Shown piece after piece: positions 58,015 to 64,000 of a stretch of 64,000 nucleotides of DNA. The notes under the pieces are model-generated. The model was given only the letters and a program-made list of their open reading frames with translations, did not search any database and had not been told where the DNA came from. Numbering within the stretch: the stretch's first letter is position 1; every line of letters begins with the position of its first letter. The stretch lies in the NCBI RefSeq assembly GCF_054482525.1, contig NZ_CM137006.1; one strand, written 5' to 3'. The position numbers and the translations under genes are program-made.

Positions 58015-58611
58015 ATGATGCCTGCTGAACCTAAAACCTATAAACGCAAATCAACGCAATTTAAGCCACTAACAGCAATGCAGGAGGCTTATTGCCAGTC
58101 ATACATCAAAACGCCTGAAAACCAGACTCAGGCAGCGATTAACGCAGGATTCTCCCCAAATACAGCGGCAGTTAAAGCCAGTGTCATGATGCGCGATGAA
58201 CGCATTCAGAAACGGATTGCCGAGTTGATGGAGGAGCGCAACAAACGAATGCGCGTCAGTGCTGATTACGTTCTCATGCGCCTGGTGGAGATCGACCAGA
58301 TGGACGTTATCGACATCCTCAACGACGATGGGAGCCTTAAACCAATCCGTGAGTGGCCGAAAATCTGGCGCACTACGCTTAGTGGCTTTGATCTGTCATC
58401 GACCATCATGAACATGAACGAGGATTCGATAGAGACAATCCTCAAAAAAATTAAATGGCCTGACAAGGTGAAGAACCTTGAGCTGATTGGTAAGCATGTT
58501 GATGTCAATGCGTTCAAAGAACGTCTGGATGTTAATGTGAATGTGACAATTGCTGATCGCATAGCGGCAGCCAGGAAGAGACTGAAAGAACGTCAGGATG
58601 GCAATCAGTGA
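58015..58611 (+). CDS. Terminase small subunit
   Basis: ORF 57937..58611; start placed after terminator at MMPAEPK; sequence resembles small-terminase proteins; directly precedes large subunit. Confidence 0.7.
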   Translation: MMPAEPKTYKRKSTQFKPLTAMQEAYCQSYIKTPENQTQAAINAGFSPNTAAVKASVMMRDERIQKRIAELMEERNKRMRVSADYVLMRLVEIDQMDVIDILNDDGSLKPIREWPKIWRTTLSGFDLSSTIMNMNEDSIETILKKIKWPDKVKNLELIGKHVDVNAFKERLDVNVNVTIADRIAAARKRLKERQDGNQ

Positions 58612-60083
58612 CAGATACAGCGTTATCTCCTGAAGAGCAGTTAATTGAGGATATTGCAGGGTTCACTCACGATCCGCTTGGCTATGCCCTCTATGCGTTC
58701 CCGTGGGGGGAAGAGGGGACTGAACTGGCACATGCTACCGGCCCACGTCAGTGGCAGGCCGATGCGTTCCGAGAGATACGTGATCACCTGCAGAATCCAG
58801 AGACGCGTTATCAGCCGCTTATGCTGGCACGTGCTTCTGGTCACGGTATTGGTAAATCCGCATTCATCTCAATGCTCATCAACTGGGGCATGTCCACTTG
58901 CGAGGATTGTAAGGTCGTGGTGACCGCCAACACCGACAACCAGCTACGAACGAAGACCTGGCCGGAAATTATCAAGTGGTCGAACCTTGCTATCACGAAA
59001 GACTGGTTTACCTGTACCGCTACCGCGATGTACAGCAATGACCCTGGGCACGACAAGCGGTGGCGGGCTGACGCAATACCCTGGTCTGAGCACAACACTG
59101 AGGCATTCGCCGGACTACACAACGAGCGCAAACGCATCATCGTGGTGTTTGATGAAGCGTCGAACATTGCGGATCTGGTGTGGGAAGTTGCCGAGGGTGC
59201 GCTTACGGACGAAGACACTGAGATTATTTGGGTGGCGTTCGGAAACCCTACACGTAACACCGGGCGTTTTCGCGAATGTTTCCGCAAATATAAACACCGC
59301 TGGAAAACTGCGCAGATTGACAGCCGGACGGTGGAAGGCACTAACAAACAGCAGTTGCAGAAATGGGTTGATGACTACGGGGAAGACAGCGACTTCGTTA
59401 AAATCCGTGTGCGTGGCATATTCCCTGATGCATCTGAATTGCAGTTTATCCCTACCGGTCTTACTGACGAGGCAATGAAACGGGTGGTAACCGCTGCGCA
59501 GGTTGCACATGCTCCGGTGATAATCGGCGTTGACCCGGCATACTCCGGCGTTGATGACGCTGTGATATACCTGCGGCAGGGGCTACACAGTAAGGTGCTG
59601 TGGACTGGCAACAAGACTACCGACGATCTGATTATGGCGAAGCGTATCGCTGACTTTGAAGACCAGTATCAGGCTGACGCGGTGTTCATCGACTTCGGTT
59701 ACGGAACCGGTTTGAAGTCAATCGGTGACGGCTGGGGTCGTACATGGCAACTTGTTCCGTTCGGTGGCGCGTCTACTGACCCGCAGATGCTCAACAAGCG
59801 TGGGGAGATGTTCAACTCATGCAAGACATGGCTGAGGCTCGGTGGCATGCTGGATGACCAGGAAACAGCGGACGACCTGTCGGCAGCAGAGTACAAAGTT
59901 CGAGTGGACGGTAAAATCGTTATCGAACCGAAGGAAGATATCAAAGAGCGACTTGGGCGTTCTCCTGGTAAAGGCGATGCGCTACTGCTGACGTTTGCGT
60001 TCCCTGTGTCGAAGCGTCTGCGAATTCCCGGTCAGCAGAACCAGCAAGGCAAGGCCATCACAGATTACGATCCCTATGCTTAA
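58608..60083 (+). CDS. Terminase large subunit (ATPase + nuclease)
   Basis: 491 aa; Walker A-like GHGIGKS; overlaps small subunit stop. Confidence 0.85.
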   Translation: MTDTALSPEEQLIEDIAGFTHDPLGYALYAFPWGEEGTELAHATGPRQWQADAFREIRDHLQNPETRYQPLMLARASGHGIGKSAFISMLINWGMSTCEDCKVVVTANTDNQLRTKTWPEIIKWSNLAITKDWFTCTATAMYSNDPGHDKRWRADAIPWSEHNTEAFAGLHNERKRIIVVFDEASNIADLVWEVAEGALTDEDTEIIWVAFGNPTRNTGRFRECFRKYKHRWKTAQIDSRTVEGTNKQQLQKWVDDYGEDSDFVKIRVRGIFPDASELQFIPTGLTDEAMKRVVTAAQVAHAPVIIGVDPAYSGVDDAVIYLRQGLHSKVLWTGNKTTDDLIMAKRIADFEDQYQADAVFIDFGYGTGLKSIGDGWGRTWQLVPFGGASTDPQMLNKRGEMFNSCKTWLRLGGMLDDQETADDLSAAEYKVRVDGKIVIEPKEDIKERLGRSPGKGDALLLTFAFPVSKRLRIPGQQNQQGKAITDYDPYA

Positions 60084-60129
60084 TCCGCTGGTGGGGATAA
60101 TGTCGTTGATATCCTCTGGTGAGGATAAA

Positions 60130-60156
60130 ACAAAGCCAGCTCATAGGCTGGCTGTT
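60130..60156 (-). terminator. Terminator of reverse-strand moron transcript
   Basis: On minus strand: agccagcctatgagctggct hairpin followed by ttgtttt. Confidence 0.5.
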
Positions 60157-60173
60157 TGTGACATGTCACAGAG

Positions 60174-60596
60174 CTAGAAAATAATTTCATCAAATGCAGC
60201 ATTTATTGCCTTTGCTTCGCTAATGGCGCCTTGTTTATCGACAATAGCTTTTTTACCAAGCACCTCGGCAAGGCACTGTAGCTTCATGTTGTATAAGTGT
60301 TCGCTCATGTAATCATTATCACTTTTTGCTTTAGCGCAAACAGAGCGAGAAATATCAAACACATCGCCTTTTTCCATTTCAGAACGTTGTGCTGTTATCC
60401 AGTCATGGAACGTAACGCTAGTACCATGGTCTTCGCTAAGAGTTAACCCGGTCAGTCCCTCACTCTGAATTACTTCGTAATGCATTTCATTACCAGCAAA
60501 AACGCCATAAAAAACGCAGTCTTCAGCCTGAACGATACGAGAATATTTTAATGGCCATTCATTTAGATACTTAGCCAACATATCAATTGTTTTCAT
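60174..60596 (-). CDS. Hypothetical 140-aa protein (reverse-oriented moron)
   Basis: Opposite strand to flanking terminase and portal genes; no recognisable motif; own terminator. Confidence 0.55.
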   Translation of the reverse strand: MKTIDMLAKYLNEWPLKYSRIVQAEDCVFYGVFAGNEMHYEVIQSEGLTGLTLSEDHGTSVTFHDWITAQRSEMEKGDVFDISRSVCAKAKSDNDYMSEHLYNMKLQCLAEVLGKKAIVDKQGAISEAKAINAAFDEIIF

Positions 60597-60794
60597 GATC
60601 TCACCTTAAAAAAATGCCCGGCGAACCGGGCGAACTGGAAGCAATGAGTTATGCCTTCCGTGGCTGTACGGGTTTACAGCATGAAGTCATCGCAATGGCG
60701 TCCTGCTGTAAAAAGGGCGGTGATAGTCCTTCAAGGGAAACCATCACCGCCAAGCACCTGGAACTTCTGGCATCACGGTCCTTAGGCGTGATTC

Positions 60795-60871
60795 TGGCGC
60801 GGCATGCAGGATTCGAACCTGCGACCAACCGCTTAGAAGGCGGTTGCTCTGTCCAACTGAGCTAATGCCAC
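60795..60871 (-). tRNA. tRNA-Arg (anticodon UCU), phage-encoded
   Basis: Hand-folded cloverleaf: acceptor GUGGCAU/AUGCCGC, D-arm GCUCAGUUGGACAGAGC, anticodon stem ACCGC/GCGGU with loop CUUCUAA, T-arm CGCAGGUUCGAAUCCUGC, 3' GCCA encoded. Confidence 0.85.
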
Positions 60872-61298
60872 AACGCTGAGAGCACTTAGCCTGTTAAGGC
60901 GCCACACTTTGTCGCGGCTCCATAAATGCTCTCATCGTTGTACCCTCGTCTCTTCCGAGGTGTCACACCGAATCGCCGGGATGGTGAATCCCCGTGCGCG
61001 GAATAAAACCGCTCGACTTGCACATTCCGGCTACCTGGTTCGTTTGCCCGAGCAAGGGAGGGTGCCCCTTAAACGTATCCAGACCGCTATCGGCGCATGT
61101 GCCATACGCCGTACTGCTCAAAATAAAAGCTCACCCCACCTGTTCAATTTAACGACAAGCCAGTCAGATTAGTAACTGGAGTGAATTCTTTGGTTACCTG
61201 AAAGGTAATAATTCGTGCGTTAAATGTCAACTGTCTACGATAAATAAATCATATGTGGTTAAATTGGTAATAATTTAATTGCGTACGGAGTCATTGAT
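60872..61298. promoter_or_regulatory. ~430-bp non-coding region upstream of portal; likely promoters for tRNA/moron (leftward) and portal operon (rightward)
   Basis: No credible ORF; contains TTACCTGAAAGGTAA at 61204-61218 and AT-rich -10-like sequences. Confidence 0.45.
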
Positions 61299-61505
61299 AT
61301 GTGCATGGGTAGCTCACCATCAGTGCCTGCAACACCAGAAGTTCAGGCAGCACCACAGGAGCAGGATGCCGCCGTTGTTGATGCCCGCGACGAAGAAACT
61401 CGTCGCCGTCGCGCTGCTGCTGGTCGTAGTTCTACGCTGCTTACCGGTTCTCAGGGCGACACATCAACCGCTAATACCAGCGGTAAAACGCTGCTTGGTC
61501 AGTAA
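61299..61505 (+). CDS. Small Ala/Gln/Arg-rich protein preceding portal
   Basis: 68 aa; RBS context ggagtcattga-ATG nearly identical to that of portal gene. Confidence 0.5.
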   Translation: MCMGSSPSVPATPEVQAAPQEQDAAVVDARDEETRRRRAAAGRSSTLLTGSQGDTSTANTSGKTLLGQ

Positions 61506-61519
61506 CCGGAGTCATTGAA

Positions 61520-63199
61520 ATGGCGGAAACAACTAAAGAGCGATTGAACAAACAGTTCGCACAACTTGAAAGCGAGCGTCAGTCGTTCGAGCCGCACTGG
61601 CGCGAGTTGAGTGATTACATCAACCCGCGTGGTTCCCGCTTTCTGACTTCTGAGGTCAACCGTAACGATCGGCGCAATACACGCATTATTGATTCGACCG
61701 GGACTATGGCGGCGCGCACTCTCGCCAGCGGCATGATGTCAGGCATCACAAGCCCCGCGCGTCCGTGGTTTCGCCTGGCTACGCCAGATCCTGAAATGAT
61801 GGATTATGGCCCTGTTAAGTTGTGGCTTGAGGCAGTTCAGAACCGCATGAACGATATGTTCAATAAGTCGAATCTCTACCAGTCTCTTCCGCAGTTATAC
61901 GGAAGCCTCGGCACATACAGCACTGGTGCAATGGCAGTGCTGGAGGATGACGAGGACATCATTCGCACAATGCCATTCCCGATAGGCAGTTACTACCTGG
62001 CTAACTCACCTCGTGGCAGTGTTGACACCTGTTTTCGCAAGTTCTCTATGACTGTTCGTCAGCTTGTTCAGGAGTTCGGGCTAAATAACGTCAGCGAATC
62101 CGTAAAAAGCATGTGGGAAAGCGGCACCTACGAGAAGTGGATCGAAGTGATGCATTCGGTTTACCCGAACATTGACCGCGATACATCGAAGCTGGATAGC
62201 AAGAACAAGCCATTCAAATCGGTTTATTACGAGGTTGGTGGAGATAACGACAAGTTGTTGCGTGAGTCCGGATTCGATGAGTTTCCAATTATGGCTCCGC
62301 GCTGGGAAGTTAACGGCGAAGATGTTTATGGATCATCATGCCCGGGTATGCTGGCGCTTGGACCTGTTAAGGCATTGCAGCTTCTCCAGAAGCGCAAGTC
62401 GCAGTTGATTGATAAAGCCACCAATCCGCCGATGGTTGCTCCGACTTCCCTCAAGAATCAGCGCGCCTCCCTTCTTCCTGGCGACATCACGTATATCGAT
62501 CAGATTACTGGTCAGGATGGCTTCAGGCCTGCTTATCTGGTTAACCCCAGTACAGCAGATTTGGTGGCAGACATTCAGGACACTCGTCAAATCATTAACA
62601 GCGCCTACTTTGTCGATCTGTTCATGATGTTGCAGAACATCAATACCCGCTCGATGCCTGTTGAAGCGGTGATCGAAATGAAAGAAGAAAAACTTCTGAT
62701 GTTGGGGCCGGTTCTGGAGCGTCTGAACGACGAATGTCTTAATCCTCTCATTGACCGCGCTTTCTCGATGATGGTGCGCAAAAACATGCTGCCGCCACCG
62801 CCTGACGCGATGGAAGGCATGCCCCTGAAGGTCGAATACATTTCCGTCATGGCTCAGGCGCAGAAGTCTATCGGCCTGTCCAGTCTGGCGTCCACGGTTA
62901 ACTTCATTGGTCAACTTGCGCAAGCGAAACCAGAAGCTCTCGACAAACTCAACGTTGATCAGGCGATCGATGCATTCGCTGATATGTCCGGAGTGTCTCC
63001 AACCGTCATTGTTCCGCAGGAACAGGTTGAGCAGGCTCGCCAGCAACGGGCACAGCAACAACAGCAGCAACAAATGATGGCGATGGGGATGGCGGCGGCA
63101 CAGGGGGCCAAGACGCTAAGCGAAGCTAAAACTTCGGATCCGAGTGTGTTGTCAGCTATGGCGAATGCAGTTAGTGGTCAGGGTGGGCAATCACAATGA
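61520..63199 (+). CDS. Portal protein
   Basis: 559 aa; follows terminase large subunit; C-terminal Gln/Ala-rich tail; portal-like size and position. Confidence 0.75.
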   Translation: MAETTKERLNKQFAQLESERQSFEPHWRELSDYINPRGSRFLTSEVNRNDRRNTRIIDSTGTMAARTLASGMMSGITSPARPWFRLATPDPEMMDYGPVKLWLEAVQNRMNDMFNKSNLYQSLPQLYGSLGTYSTGAMAVLEDDEDIIRTMPFPIGSYYLANSPRGSVDTCFRKFSMTVRQLVQEFGLNNVSESVKSMWESGTYEKWIEVMHSVYPNIDRDTSKLDSKNKPFKSVYYEVGGDNDKLLRESGFDEFPIMAPRWEVNGEDVYGSSCPGMLALGPVKALQLLQKRKSQLIDKATNPPMVAPTSLKNQRASLLPGDITYIDQITGQDGFRPAYLVNPSTADLVADIQDTRQIINSAYFVDLFMMLQNINTRSMPVEAVIEMKEEKLLMLGPVLERLNDECLNPLIDRAFSMMVRKNMLPPPPDAMEGMPLKVEYISVMAQAQKSIGLSSLASTVNFIGQLAQAKPEALDKLNVDQAIDAFADMSGVSPTVIVPQEQVEQARQQRAQQQQQQQMMAMGMAAAQGAKTLSEAKTSDPSVLSAMANAVSGQGGQSQ

Positions 63200-63492
63200 C
63201 AGATTACGAAGACGATCAACTGAAAGAAGAAAACGCCCGTAAGCAACGTGACATGGCGCAGCGTGAAATTGATGACATTCGCTTTGTCATGAGCAGTGAA
63301 CAGGGGCGTCGCGTTGTCTGGTCGGTGCTGGAGAAAGGCCGTGTGTTTTCCGCTATCTCACCGATGGACGCTATGGCAATGGCATTTAATGAGGGGCAAC
63401 GCAATCTGGCGCTGGAACTGTTTCAGCGCGTTATGGCGCATTGCCCTGAACAGTATTTGAAGATGGCCAAAGAGGCCAGTGAACAGGAGTGA
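63196..63492 (+). CDS. Hypothetical head-morphogenesis protein
   Basis: 98 aa, overlapping portal stop. Confidence 0.45.
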   Translation: MTDYEDDQLKEENARKQRDMAQREIDDIRFVMSSEQGRRVVWSVLEKGRVFSAISPMDAMAMAFNEGQRNLALELFQRVMAHCPEQYLKMAKEASEQE

Positions 63493-63495
63493 TCA

Positions 63496-64000
63496 TGAAT
63501 TTATTTGAGCGTTTGCTGTATCGCCGTCTTTGCAATGAGCAACCAGTCGATGGTGGAGCAGCTCCGGCTGCGTCAGAACCGTCAGCGCCTGCAGGTGATA
63601 ACCATGCTCCAGTTGGTGATCCATCACAACCGGAAGGTGATAAGTCACAACCTGTTGCTGATGGCGATAAACCTGCTGATGACAAAAATCCTGAAAACGA
63701 TAAGCAGGATGAAAAAAAGGACGGCGATAAACCAGAGGGTGCGCCTGAGAAGTACGAGTTTCAGGCTGCCGAAGGCGTAGAGCTGGATACAGAAGCGTTG
63801 AAGGAATTCGAGCCGGTGGCGCGAGAACTAAACCTGACCAACGAGCAAGCGCAAAAGCTGGTTGATGCTTATCCGAAGATTCTGGCAGGTGTTCAGCAGC
63901 GCCAGGTAGAAGCCTGGCAGAAAACAACCGAGCAGTGGGCTGCGGATGTAAAAGCTGACAAAGAAATCGGTGGCGACAAGTTGATTTCTAACCTTAGCGC
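63496..64000 (+). CDS. Putative scaffolding protein, N-terminal part (runs off window end)
   Basis: Open frame from ATG 63496 (MNLFERLL…) to window end; acidic Lys/Asp/Pro-rich low-complexity sequence; not in ORF track because no stop in window. Confidence 0.5.

Larger units (their letters stand above)
45132..64000. mobile_element. Prophage, left ~19 kb (continues past window end): lambdoid early/replication genes plus terminase-portal-scaffold packaging module; attL presumably between guaA terminator and int
   Basis: Abrupt switch from core genes to integrase, Bet/Exo, repressor/Cro, O/P-like, terminases, portal; attL boundary is approximate. Confidence 0.9.

Noticed and set aside
60614-60865. 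83-aa plus-strand ORF
   Set aside because: Runs antisense through the tRNA-Arg gene and the moron promoter region; almost certainly spurious.
60935-61000. Possible second tRNA or tRNA-like structure (hairpin cctcg-tctcttc-cgagg; ggtgaatcc resembling a T-loop)
   Set aside because: No consistent cloverleaf on either strand: the 7-nt loop lacks U33 and purine-37, the T-loop is 2 nt short, and there is no acceptor stem or CCA.
60909-61172. 87-aa plus-strand ORF in the non-coding stretch upstream of portal
   Set aside because: No RBS, odd Arg/Ser/His-rich composition, lies in a region better explained as promoter/operator DNA.

Overview
The window is an Enterobacterial (E. coli-like) chromosomal segment. 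Bases 1-45,131 are conserved core genes in the order yphD(partial)-yphCBA, hcaDBCFE/hcaR/hcaT, csiE, yfhR, suhB, trmJ, iscRSUA-hscBA-fdx-iscX, pepB, sseB, a RyfA-like small-RNA/small-toxin locus, sseA, yfhM-pbpC, ndk, rlmN, rodZ, ispG, hisS, yfgM, bamB, der, yfgJ, xseA, guaBA. Gene names are from recognising the translated products and the conserved order. From about 45,132 to the window end lies the left ~19 kb of a prophage inserted just 3' of guaA. It contains a tyrosine integrase, MT-A70 methyltransferase, AlpA-like excisionase, Bet-like annealase and RecE-like exonuclease, a CI-like repressor and Cro-like regulator, an O-like initiator with internal iterons, a lambda P-like helicase loader, a nin-like block of small unknown genes, small and large terminase, a reverse-oriented tRNA-Arg(UCU) plus 140-aa moron, portal and the start of a scaffold-like protein. 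No Q antiterminator or lysis genes were recognised in the window. I could not recognise any known defence system. The most interesting signals are: (i) a 15-bp palindrome TTACC-N5-GGTAA recurring at five perfect and three near-perfect intergenic sites across the prophage, including in front of the structural genes; (ii) a self-contained reverse-strand tRNA-Arg + unknown-protein unit between terminase and portal; (iii) three overlapping, translationally coupled basic micro-ORFs followed by a nuclease-motif protein; (iv) a 12-14-bp palindrome bracketing the terminase gene pair. All names rest on my reading of the translated ORFs and DNA motifs; no database search was run.
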